Below, one piece after another: positions 1-12,374 of a stretch of DNA of 64,000 nt (position 1 is the first letter of the stretch; the number at the start of each line of letters is the position of its first letter). The notes beneath the pieces are model-generated. The model was given only the letters and a program-made list of their open reading frames with translations. It had not been told where the DNA came from and did not search any database. This stretch comes from Felis catus. Taxonomy: Eukaryota. The position numbers were made by a program, and so were the translations under genes. The stretch covers positions 17,052,001-17,116,000 of the forward strand of contig NC_058383.1 of assembly GCF_018350175.1 (NCBI RefSeq). The letters run 5' to 3'.

Positions 1-77
1 AGGTGGGAAGCAATAGGGACCCTGATGAGGGGGAAGGGGCTTGGGCAACAGATTTTTCTTTTGTGGTTAGAATGCTT

Positions 78-312
78 TTTAAAATAAAGTTTTAATTTTA
101 ATTACAGTATAGTTAGCACACAGTGTTATATTAGTTTCAGATGTACAAAATAGTGAGTCAACAATTCCATGTATCACCTGGTGCTCATCATGACAAGTGT
201 GCTCCTTAATCCCCATCACTTATTTCACCCATCCACCACTCACCTCCCTCCTGGTAACCAAGAGTTTGTCCTCTATAGTTAAAAGTCTGTTTCTTGTTTG
301 CCTCTCTCTTTG

Positions 313-343
<31 letters not shown>

Positions 344-345
344 TT
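78..345 (-). mobile_element. L1 3'-end fragment (carnivore-type)
   Basis: Typical L1 3'UTR antisense text (tagtttcag...tgctcatca...ccttaatccccatcac...tttgtcctctatagttaa) followed by (CT)n. Confidence 0.65.
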
Positions 346-517
346 GGTTGGTTGGTTTCTTAAATTTTGGGCAGTGGAGGGTGCTGGAAACTTGGTGGGA
401 ATTGATTCCTAATCCAGGAATGACACTGTAAGTCTGTGGAGCAGAAAAGGTTTCTGGGTCCTGGGAGATGGCTGGGCCCCACACTAGCATCTCTGATTCC
501 TTCCTCCTTCTCTACAG

Positions 518-648
518 AGTGTCCAAGTCAAGAGATGGACATTGTCTTCCTGATTGATGGCTCTGGAAGTATTGACCAAAGGGACTTTAAGCAGATGAAG
601 GACTTTGTCATAGCTGTGATGGGACAGTTTGAGGGCACCAACACACTG
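518..648 (+). CDS. ITGAD: Gene 1 exon 6 (I-domain start, MIDAS)
   Basis: ctacag|AGTGT...ACACTG|gtgaag; [44 protein letters not shown]. Confidence 0.93.
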
Positions 649-3600
649 GTGAAGATTGGGTCCCTGAGACCTGGGGAGTGCTGGGCGGGTGGTAGTGGCT
701 GCCTTTGGGAAAGGCCAACCTAGGAGGAGGCCTGGCATTGCTGGGGGTGGGCTCAGTGGACCTATGCCATGATAAGGCTAAGGTCTCAGTGCAGGGCTGA
801 TTTGTGCCCTTACCTGAGGAAATTCCCCTGTGACATTTAATATGTCTTTATATGGCCCAGGAAATATGTTTTTTTTACTGTTAAAAAGCATTGAAAGGAT
901 TGCAAAAATAGTTTTGCTATGAAATTAGACTGAAGATACCTTGGCCAAATACTTAATGATTTCTTTGTTGTGTTTTCCATGCAACTCATGATTTCTCTTA
1001 TTTTATTTCTCACTAATTAGTGTACATGTGTGTATGAATTCTTGAGAAGTGAGGAAATATAGCCTACAAGTTTATTTCATATGTTATGAAAGTTTTAAAA
1101 AAATCTTATTTTAACAAATATTGCAGTATTTCCAAAGTATGAAAGAAGCATTATTTGGTTTTGATTTCCTAGTTTTCTTTTTGGGCCAATTTCCTCCTGG
1201 GTTTTAGCCTCAAAAAACACATGGAAATTGTAAATCCAAAATTATTCCAAAATAAAAGTTAATTTAAAAATAACTCCTGAGACCCAGGGTCTCTTGGTCT
1301 TTGCAGTTCTCACTCATGCAGTACTCCAACCATCTGGAGATCCACTTCACCTTCACTAAATTCCAGAGAAGCTCAAGCCCTCAGAGTCTCGTGGATCCCA
1401 TCAGACAACTAAAAGGCCTGACTTTTACAGCCACAGGCATCCTGAAAGTAGTGTAAGTTCTCCCTTCTGCCTCATTTGGACACACTGCCACACCACTTCC
1501 TCATGCTGGTCTGCACAGCTCTAGGAAGTTCTGGAGAAAGGGGCTCTAAAGGGGAGTGGAGGGGCTGTCCTCCCTGGAGTGTTCCCCCCGATATAGTGTG
1601 GGATTCTTCTGTAGTGTGTTTCCTCTCTGCCGGCCTTGGATTGGCTAGATTCTGACTCCACCTGGGGCAGCAGAGACATAAGCTTTGGTTCAATCAGAGT
1701 TCTCATTCTGGCTCCCTGCTGATAACCTGGGCAACACTGGAAGTTACTGAATCTAAGTCTCAGTAAACTGTCAAATGAGGAAAAACGTACATCTTGGTTG
1801 TAAGGATTACATGAGATCTGATGCATGAGGTGCTTCTGAACATGAAGTGCTGGACAAGTGGTTAGAGTTTTATCCAGAAAATGGTGCACCCCTTTTTGAC
1901 ATCCCTGGCAGAGAGTCAGGAATTGTTGCCAAGTGTGTTCTGCCTGTCTCCTCACTCACATCCCTCTACCCCCACATCCTCATTTATGTGAGTTCTCTGC
2001 ATTAACTGGGTGCTTACCATGTGCCTGTCCAGCATTGGGTGCTAGGCAGACCATGAAGAAATGGCTTAGGTGGTGGGGCCAGAACAGAAGATGTGGTTCT
2101 TCTGGGAAAGAACTGGGTGAATGTCTGGGATCTTTGACTTGTGCACCCCAGGGTACCACTCTAGGGGTGGTGCTGGAGAAACACTGAACAAGGCATTCCC
2201 CTACCAACTTTGTTCCCCAAAGTGCAAGAGCTACCAAGGCTTTTTAAGCCCATAACTAGAATAGTGTCATTTCCATTTCATGCTACTGATTAAAACAAGT
2301 CACAGGTCAGATTCAATATGGGAAGGGAATCAATGTGGCACACTGGGGCCAACATTGAAGATGAACTATGGCACAATTCTTATTCTCATATTCCACGAAG
2401 ACAAGCAGAGGTTCAGGGAGGTAAAGCAATTGACCAAGTGTCTGAATCCAAAGCTCCTACTCTGAACCACACTGTCTCCTGGAAATGAGGTTCCATAAAT
2501 GGCAGGATTTTTAGAACAAGACATAGGAGTACATTTATTATTGTTCTTAATAATCATTGTATGGCTTTCAGAAAGGGCTGAGACTATTTATTTTCTTTAA
2601 GTTTTCATTTATTTTTGAGAGAGAAAGAAAGAGATTGGGGGAGGGGCAGAGAGAAGGAGACAGAGAATCCAAGCAGGCTCTAGGCTGTTAGTGCAGAGTT
2701 CCATGTGGGGCTCCAACTCATGAGATGTGAGATCATGACCTCAGCCAAAGTCTGACACCAAACAAACTGAGCCACCGAGGCACCCGTAGCTGAGGCATTT
2801 TCTTAACATTTTTCCTGGTAAAGTCAAAGGGTACCAGAACACCAAAGTCTCCCCAGATGACCTTCTAGAGCTGCAAATGATTTCTTTTCAAAATCAGTTT
2901 CATCTCAGGAGAGCCAACTCCCTTTCTTCCTTGACAGGAAAGAACTGTTTCATAGTAGGAATGGTGCCCGTGAAAGTGCCAAGAAGATTCTCATTGTCAT
3001 CACAGATGGGCAGAAATACAAAGACCCCCTGGAATACAGTGATGTCATGCCCCTGGCAGAGAAAGCTGGCATCATTCGCTATGCCATTGGGGTACGTCCT
3101 CTTCCTCGTGGCTCTCTCAGACTGAGACTGCATCTCACTCATGCAGAAAGGCTGGTGGGCTCCTCCTCAGCTGCCTCTCTGCCACAGGTGGGAGATGCTT
3201 TCCAGGAACCCACTGCCAGGGAGGAGCTGAACACCATTGGCTCAGTGCCCTCTCAGGATCACGTGTTCAAGGTGGACAACTTTGCAGCACTCAGCAGCAT
3301 CCAGAAGCAGCTGCAGGAGAAGATCTTTGCAGTGGAGGGTAAATACAGGGCGAGCCTGGGTCTTGGAATCCAAAGGTTCCCAACCCGATTGTTCCCTACA
3401 GTTCTGAGGGTCCATCCCTATTCACATGTCACCCAAAATTGTGCCCCAGAACCTGAGACCCAGACTCATTCTTCTCCTTCTAAGCCCTTGTGGTCTCATG
3501 GTCCCCAGAGCCTAAGTGGCCTGTTTTCCCACAGGAACCCAGTCGAGGACAAGTAGCTCCTTCCAGCATGAGATGTCACAAGAAGGCTTCAGTTCAGTGC

Positions 3601-6600
3601 TCACCATGGTAGGTGGAGCATATGCTTGATAAACAGGTCTCAGGCACCAATCCTGGGCCAGCCCTGTGCTGGGTCCTGGGACCCAGAAGTAAATAAGAAG
3701 GAGATCCTGTCCTCAAGGTCACTGTCCGTTTAGAGAGAGACATATAGGCAGTGTATGTAGGTGCTAGGAGCACGGCAGAGAACAGGATAGCCAAGGTTCC
3801 TGCTCTCACACAGAGCACATATACAGTGGGAGGAGACAATAAACACAAACAAAAGATCTTCAGATTATGCTCAGTGTTAGAAGAGAGCAAGAGAGATGAT
3901 CAGAGGAGGCCTGAGGAATAACAACCGAGGGTGAATGATGAGAAAGGGATAGGTGTGGGAAAATCTGGGGAGAGATTGCTCCAGGGAGAGGAAAAGGCAA
4001 GTGCAAAGGTCCTGAAGCATGAACAAGGTTACTGCACTAGAGAGATAAAAGGGACAGCATAGCTGGAGCAGGGTGAGTGAGGGGCAGCAGGGAAGGAGTG
4101 GGTGGGGAGATGGGAAAGGCCAGATCATGCAGACCAAAGAAATGACAAAATAGCATGACTTATGTGAAAGTAGATGTGTGTTAAAAATATCCAGAGGGAT
4201 TTTCTTCAAAAGAGTTTTGGGGGTGAGTTGGAGGGACATAGAAATGAATCGAGGTTGGTAATGAATTGATCATTGAACCTGGGTACTTATGAGTTCATTG
4301 TGCATTTCTTTCTACTTTTGTATATGTTCTAAATTATCTATAGTCAAAAGTTTAGAAAGGCAATAAGCAAGGTATGCAGAGTAGGAAACACCTATCACTC
4401 CCCGAGGGAGCCAAGGAAGACCTCACAGAGAAGGTGGCTTTGAGGATGACTCTTCCCAAGAGAGGAGTTGCGTCTCAGAAAGAGAGGAGAGGTGTCCAGG
4501 TCAAACACTTGGTGTGTTCAAAGCATAGAGCAACTCCACAGGTTTGTCTGGGGAGGACCTGAGATACCATCCTCAGGGTCTTGGTGACAGGGAGCCATCT
4601 TGGGTTGCCAGCTGGGTGATGGCTATATATTTGGTCTGAGGAAACCTAACACTGAGGAGGGTGGAGCAGAGAAGAACACAGTAGGAGGCAGAAAGGGCAG
4701 TGGGTGAGAAGAGCTGGGACTTACTGGAGCAGCGGCACTGGGGATGGACTGAGAGAGACATTAGGAGTCAGGGATTGAAGCTGCTGGACAGGACTGGGGA
4801 AGGAAAAGAGAATTCCAAATAATGAGTGGAGTTGGTAGCAGGCATTGCTTTGGAATAGGCTGCCTTGTTTTGACTCAAAACTGCTTAGCCCTGGAATCCT
4901 TTCCTCCCAGGATGGACCAGTTCTGGGGGCTGTGGGGAGCTTCAGCTGGTCTGGAGGTGCCTTCCTATACCCCCAAAATATGAGCCCCACTTTCATCAGT
5001 GTGTCTCAAGAGAACGTGGACATGAGGGACTCTTACCTGGGTGAGAAAAAGCTGTGGTTGGGGGCACAGGCGGGAGGAGATGAGCTGCCTGGAAAGGGCA
5101 GGAGCTTAAGGGATGGGGAGGAAGATTTTGTGCTGAGGCCTGCCCCCCCCCCAGGTTACTCCACCGAGCTGGCCTTTTGGAAGGGGGTGAAGAGCCTGAT
5201 CCTGGGGGCTCCCCGCCATCAGCATACTGGGAAGGTTGTCCTCTTCACCCGGGAGTCCGGACAATGGAAGCCAAAGGCTGAAGTTGCAGGGACCCAGGTT
5301 GGGTGTAGAGGAATCCAGAGTGGACCATGAGGGTGGCAGGGTGTCCAAGGATGGAGAGGGAGGAGATGAAGGGGTTTGGGGGACCACGGGGTAAGGTTCT
5401 GGTGGCAGGGGGCAGGCAGGCAGGGTGACTTCACGCTCTGCCCTCCAGATTGGCTCCTACTTTGGGGCCTCCCTCTGTACTGTGGATGTGGATAGAGATG
5501 GTAGCTCTGACCTTGTCCTCATTGGGGCTCCACACTACTACAAGCCGGCGTGGGGGGGCCAGGTGTCCGTGTGCCACTTGCCCCAGGGGGTGAGTGTCTG
5601 ATGAGACCTGGGCTGGGTGGGGCCTGGGAGTGGGGTGGAGGGGTTGTCTGGGTTGGGGCATGACACTGGTTTTGTTCTGCAGAAGGCTAGGTGGCAGTGT
5701 GAGGTCATTCTCTGTGGGGAGCAGGGCCACCCCTGGGGCCGCTTTGGGGCAGCCTTGACAGTTCTGGGGGATGCGAATGGGGACAAACTGACAGACGTCG
5801 CCATCGGTGCCCCAGGAGAGCAAGAAAACCGGGGTGCTGTCTACCTATTTCATGGAACCTCAGAACTGGGCATCAGGCCCTCCCACAGCCAGGTGAGGCC
5901 CCTCTCTGAAGCCTCTTCCAGTTCCACCTCCTTTCCCATGTCTTAGATGTGCCTGATGGCCCTGTGCCTCTTGTCATGGACCTTAGTAGTAGCTATTCTC
6001 CTTTTAGGGGTTTATTGCCATGAATTTCACCAGGCCCAGCTAAGTGCAAATTATCTCTCTTTTGTCCTTTGGCTCCAAACAGACTCCAATCTGTTGTGGG
6101 CAGTTTAGTGGGTAAGAGATTGCAGGCCCTGGTCAAATGCCTGGCCAGTCATGTCAGCTGTGTTGCCTTAGGCAGTGACTGATTTAACCTCTGTGAGCCT
6201 CAGTTCCCCTCTATGAAACATTAAATGATAAACTCCATAGCCTTCTTGTAAAGATGACTCAATGGAGTACTAAGTACTCTGTTCATCAAATATTTATGAA
6301 GGAAGATACACGTGATGAGTAAATTAACCTATTATATTTCTATTGTTATGCTTTAATTTTGTCATTAGCCTGTACCCTCACATGAATTGGACCAAAGGAG
6401 CTTGCCTCTCTCTGTCTGAGTTCCCTGGGGTCTCACTACACTTGCTTTCCATTCCTACCCCTTCATTTCTCCTTTTCAATTTTTCCATTCAGTTCTACTT
6501 TCATTCACTGTATTCTCCTTTCCAAATCTTTATTCTCAAACCTTTCAAATGACCCTCCCTTGACTTCCACTTCTCCTTTCCCTCTTTGGCCAGCGGATTG

Positions 6601-9600
6601 CAAGCTCCCAGCTCTCTCCCACACTCCAGTATTTCGGACAGTCGCTGAGTGGGGGTCAGGACCTCACCCAGGATGGACTAGTGGACCTGGCTGTGGGGGC
6701 CCGGGGACAGGTGCTGCTGCTCAGGTGATAACTCCCCACATCCCACCCTTTCCCTCTGTGTGTCCAGTTCAAAAGCTGCCCCCTCCCTTGTTCTCCTCCC
6801 CAAGGTCAGAGTCAGGTCCTCAGCCCCTCTTTGCACCCTCAGGAGTCAGCCAGTGCTGAATGTGGGGGTGACTATGAGATTCATGCCCTCGGAGGTGGCA
6901 AAGGCTGTGTACCAGTGCTGGGAAGAGGTGCCCACCACTCTGGAAGCTGGAAATGCCACAGTCTGTCTCACTATCCACAAAATTTCACTGGACCAGTTAG
7001 GTGAGTTTCTTCCTAGTGAATCTAGCCCCTTACCCCATAAAGGTTCCCACCCTATCGTCAGGAGAGAATGGGTCCAGGAATCCAAATACCACCTCCACAT
7101 CCACCCAGCTGCCAGTGTTGGAAACCTGGGTCCCTTTTCTCCCCCTCTCCCCACACCCAGGCCATAGGTTCTATCTCCAGGATACATCTGCCCATTTCTC
7201 CCCACTGGCCCCAGCCACCTCCTACCTTTCCTACCTATACTTTGAGCTGTTCCCATGTCTGTTTTTTGCAGCTCCCACCCTATCTCCATAGAGAAACTAT
7301 AGGGATTGTTCCTAAAATGCAAATCTAGTTTCCTTACTTTCCTGCTTAACACCCTTCAACCACTTTCTTCTTGCATTTAGAGAGACCAAAATCCTTCCCT
7401 ACAATGTCCTTGCTGGCTTTGCTCCTCTCTGCCCTTCCAAACTCACCTCATCCCACTCTCCCTTTTTGTAAATGTGCCATCCTCTCTCTCCCTTCTGGTC
7501 TTAGCCGCCGTTCTCATGGTCTGGGATTTTCTCTTCCCCATTCTTCACCAACCCCTGCTCATCCTCCAGGTCAGAGATCAGACAAGGCCCACCCAGGGAG
7601 GCACCTCTGACGTCCAGCAAGCCCTCCTTGGTACAACTGAGGATCCCACTGTTGAGTTGATCATGGTGTGACATTAAGTCCTACATGCTCATCTCTTTTC
7701 CTAGACTGTGAGCTTGGGGCTATATTTCTCTATCTCCTTCTCTACCTATATCCCCAGCACCTGTTACATCTCATGACCCATAGAAAGTGCGCAGCAAATA
7801 TTTATTGCACGAATAAAAAAAAAAAAACATAGAACTTCAGAGGTTCTCTTTGACTTTTCGTCTTCTGTTTCCCATTCTGCTCCAGGTGATGTCCAAAGCT
7901 CTGTCAGGTATGATCTGGCATTAGACCCAAGCCGCCTGATTTCTCGTGCCATTTTTGATGAGACCAAGAACAGGACTTTGTCTCGAAGAAAAACCCTGGG
8001 GCTGGGGGATTACTGTGAAACCATTAAGCTGCTTTTACCAGTAAGGACTTTGGGTTCTGGGAAAGGTGGGGGGAGAAGGAGCCCAAGGATAATCTCTGGC
8101 ATCTCTGCTGCCTGTCGGGTGAGGTGGAAAGGGTGGGGAGAGTGGGACCTGAGAGAGGAAAGTTGAGGCCAGAGTACCTGGCTGAACAGCTTGCACAGAA
8201 TTCTGACTGGACAGCACGAAATGGATGCAGTTGAGAAGGGCCAGTGGTGGAAAGTAAGGAGAAGGATAGTGGGGCTTTGAAAGCCTATTCTCCCTCAGGA
8301 CTGTGTGGAGGACGTGTTGAGTCCCATCATCCTACACTTCAACTTCTCCCTGGCTGGGGAGCCCATCCCCTCATCTCAGAACCTTCGCCCTGTGCTGGCT
8401 GTGGGCTCACAGGACCTCTTCACTGCTTCTGTGAGTCTTCTGACGAAATCCCAGGGATGTACTGATTTTCACTGTATCTCTGTGTGCTTCAAAACCTATT
8501 TTGGTTCCCAACCACATCAAGTCCAAATTGCCTCCACCCAGTTACCAAGGCCCCGCCTAGCTAAGACCCTTACAACGTGTCCCAGCTGGTGCCCACTTTA
8601 TCTCAATATAAACTCTCTTGTTCTCATTTTTCAAATCCTTCCCAACTTTTCTCATTCCTACTTCTGTTCCTTTTTCCATGTGGTATCTCCTACTTGGAAA
8701 ACATTTCCTTCTCTCCACCCCAAAGATCTTCTCTAGTCCCCAAAGCTCCAGTGTTATCTTCCACTCTTTTGGAAACCACATTCAGCATCTATCACTTCTC
8801 TGGCTTCCTATTACTTCATGGTGATACCAACGTTACATGACTGGAATCATAGCAATCTGCATCTACTTTTGTGGGTCCTTTAGAATTGTGGGTTCCATCA
8901 GTACAAGAACCATGTCTAATTCACCTGTAGTTTCCAGTTTTTCTAACTCCCTACCCACCCCTATTGTTACTTAACAGTGTTGAATAATTGTTCCAATGTG
9001 AGTTGGATTTAACTCCTCAACTAAATTCTGTGCCCCTTGAAGCCAAAGTTCTTATCATTCTTTTATATTCTAACTGCCCCTTCCCTACTGCCCCACTTCT
9101 TGTCAGTGTCTAGAACACTGTTGGGTGCAGAGTGGGTGTTCAGTAATACTCAATAATGAGTATTACTCATTATTAGGAGGAGTTCTCCTAATGAGGGGAG
9201 TGAAGAAAGGTTGAGACATGGATGGGAAGAGATATTCTGTTTTGCTGCAGCTCCCCTTTGAGAAGAACTGTGGACAAGATCACCTCTGTGAAGGAGACCT
9301 GAGTGTCAGTCTCATCTCCTCAGGGTGAGCTCTATCTGCTTTCATTTCTAGACACTTAAGCTTTTGGGTCTCCCATCCTCATAGGATGAGATGTACTTTT
9401 GTTTCCCTTTGGCTCTCCTTCTAACAAAGAAATTTTGATCGGAGTGTTCTCAGCCAATAGTTCATGAGTTCCCACAGTCCCACCCCTCCCCCCTATCCAA
9501 TTCCAACTCATTTCCAATGGAGCCTCTTTTTCAGTTTTGTCCTTCCTCCTCCAGCCTGCAGACCCTGGTGGTAGGGAGCTCCTTGGAGCTTAATGTGACA

Positions 9601-9786
9601 GTGACTCTGTGGAATGAAGGTGAGGATTCCTATAGAACTGTGATCAACTTCTACTATCCAGCAGGGCTGTCCTATCGACGAGTGTTAGGAACCCAGGTAA
9701 ATAGCTCCCTTGGGCTCCAGTTGCTGGGATCTCTTCCCTGCTCTGGGTTATAGTAGTTTTCTTTTAATTCTTCTCTGGTGAAATAT

Positions 9787-9829
<43 letters not shown>

Positions 9830-12337
9830 TCCAGAGTCAGAGAGGGATGGAGGGAGGGAGGAAGGGAGATAGAGTGAGAAGTGCATAAAGCTTATGTATA
9901 ATGAATAATATTAATGAAATGTCTATGTAATTAGCATCAGGTCAAGAAATAATACACTGCTGGCACCCCCAGATGTCCTCCCTGTGCCTTTCCTTATAAC
10001 CTCACTCTCTCCCCGAAGGTAATCACTAAAGTATATTAGGAACTGATGATCACAGTAAGAATAGTGATTGCCGTTTCTTAGATAAAACCAGTGAGTTTTT
10101 GCCAATATTTGAAATTTATATGAATGGAAACATGTTACATGTTCTCTTGTATATTTATTCATTTCTTCAACATATGTTTGTGAAATTCATCCATGTTGTT
10201 CCTTGTGGCTGTAAAACACTTTTATTGCTATTTGGAATCCCTTTGTATGACTGTACCACAACTTATTTACCCATTTCACAATTGATGGTCATTTGCGTTG
10301 TTCTCTGATGTTGGCCATGACTATTCTTGAGCATGTATCTTGGTACACATATGCATAATATCTGGAAGATGTATGTCAGTTATGGAATTTCTGAATCATT
10401 GAGTATGCATATTTTCAATTATAATAAGTAAAGTCAAACCATTTCCACCTATTTGCACTTCCATCACCTGTGGCTTTCCATCCACTCCAACACTTGGCAT
10501 TGTCAGACTTTAAAATCTTTGTCTACCTGTTGATACCTCCTTGAAGTTTTAATTTACATTTATTTAATGAAGTTGAGCAAATTGTAATCATTTCCTGGTC
10601 ATTTTGATTTCTTCTTTTAGGAAGTGCTTGTCCAAGTCTTTTCCTTATTCTTCTACTGAGTTGTCCATAGTTTTCTAGTTGTGAAGAGCTCTTTAATATT
10701 CTTGTTACTAATACTTTTCCAGTTATATGTATTAAGTATATTTTACAGTCCTGTTCCCAGTCTTTTCAGTCTCTGTATAGTGTCTCTTGATGAGCCAAAT
10801 GTCTTAATTTGATTGTGGTTGAATTTTATCAAATATTTTCCTTTGTCTTTTTTTTTTTTTTAATGTGTGGATCTTGTCTGAAATGCTTCCCTACTCCAAG
10901 GTTATGAAGATAATCCCCTGTATTATCTTTTAAAAGCTTTATAATTGTGCCTTTTCACATTAAGAATTTTTATCTAGCTGGACTATTTTAATGTATGGAG
11001 TGAGGTAGGGATCCAATGTGTTTTGCTCTTTTGTTTGTTTTATTTTGTTTTGAATAGGCCGATTTTCCTAAGACCATTTTTTGAAAAGTCTGTCCTTTTC
11101 CCTACTGTTCTGCAATGCCCCACTGTTATATATCTAGCCCACATATGCACATGGGTAACATATTTGAATTTCTTTTCCTCCTCTGGAAGCAACCACACCA
11201 GCGCCCACTGCGACTGGAATGTGAGGCAGCGCCCACAGGGAATGAGAGCCTGAGGAGCAGCAACTGTAGCATCAACCATCCCATCTTCCACGAGGGCACT
11301 AAGGTGAATGCTTCCCCCCAAATCCTCATCACTCTGCTCCTTTGTCCTTACCCGTTTTCTTCCCTCACTCCCCCATGACTTTCCTTATCCCCATTCTTTC
11401 ATTCTTTTCCTCTCAGGGCACCTTCCTAATCACATTTGATGTCTCCTACAAGGCCACCCTAGGAGACAAGTTGTTTCTGAGGGCCAATGTAAGCAGGTGA
11501 GTCCAGGTGTATCCCTCACTCTTCCATCTCATGCCCCAGTCAGAGATTTCTCTCTTGGATTCCTTCCCAACTGGGCTCCCCCCACCTCTCTCTCCAGTGA
11601 GAATAATAAGCCTACATCCAGCAAGACCACCTCCCAGCTGGAGCTCCCTGTGAAATATGCTGTCTACATGGTGATCAGCAGGTATTTAATACCTGCCCTC
11701 CCTTGACCTCTGACCTTCCTCTAAACCTAGTACCTCCCATGGTTGCCCAGCCTGCTCTTGAAAGGATGGGTATCTAAACTATCCCCTCTGATTCCTCACA
11801 TGGAAATACTTGTGACCAGCCGTACATTTATCTATAATACCATCTACCATACAGTTCTTGCTTCTTCTCTGATGAATTGGCCTACTATTTGGATGCACAT
11901 TTGCCACCATTGTGCACTCCTCTCTCTTTCTCTAAGATGGAAGCTTCCTTTAACATGAAGCCAATTCTGGTTTTGGTGCTAGATATGAATGTGCAGAGGT
12001 GAAACTAACTAGGTTAAGATTGAGGCTTTTTTAGCACTCTGAAGTGGGGAATATGGTTTGTCACCACACAGAGGAAATAAAAGGTCAGGTTTTCACAAAA
12101 CCAGAAGGAGAGAAGAGGTGTGAGAAACTGCTGGGAAAGTCTCTAAGAGGCCAAGGCTGCAGCAGGCCACAGGAGAGGCAAGTGCAGGGCTGTTGCTCTC
12201 AGTTTTCAAGGTGGATGGAGGAGCAGGGGCAGGTCAGGCTGGAAGCAGAGCAAAGAGCCCTGAATACCTCACCAAACTCCAGAGGTTTAGTGAGTTGGTC
12301 AGAAGCTTATAATATTGCCATGGGACAGAGTTTGCTA

Positions 12338-12374
<37 letters not shown>

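Noticed and set aside
3047..5946. ORF-track proteins of 109-169 aa (e.g. 3047-3556, 4845-5330, 5617-5946) as separate genes
   Set aside because: They are integrin exons read through short introns or flanks.
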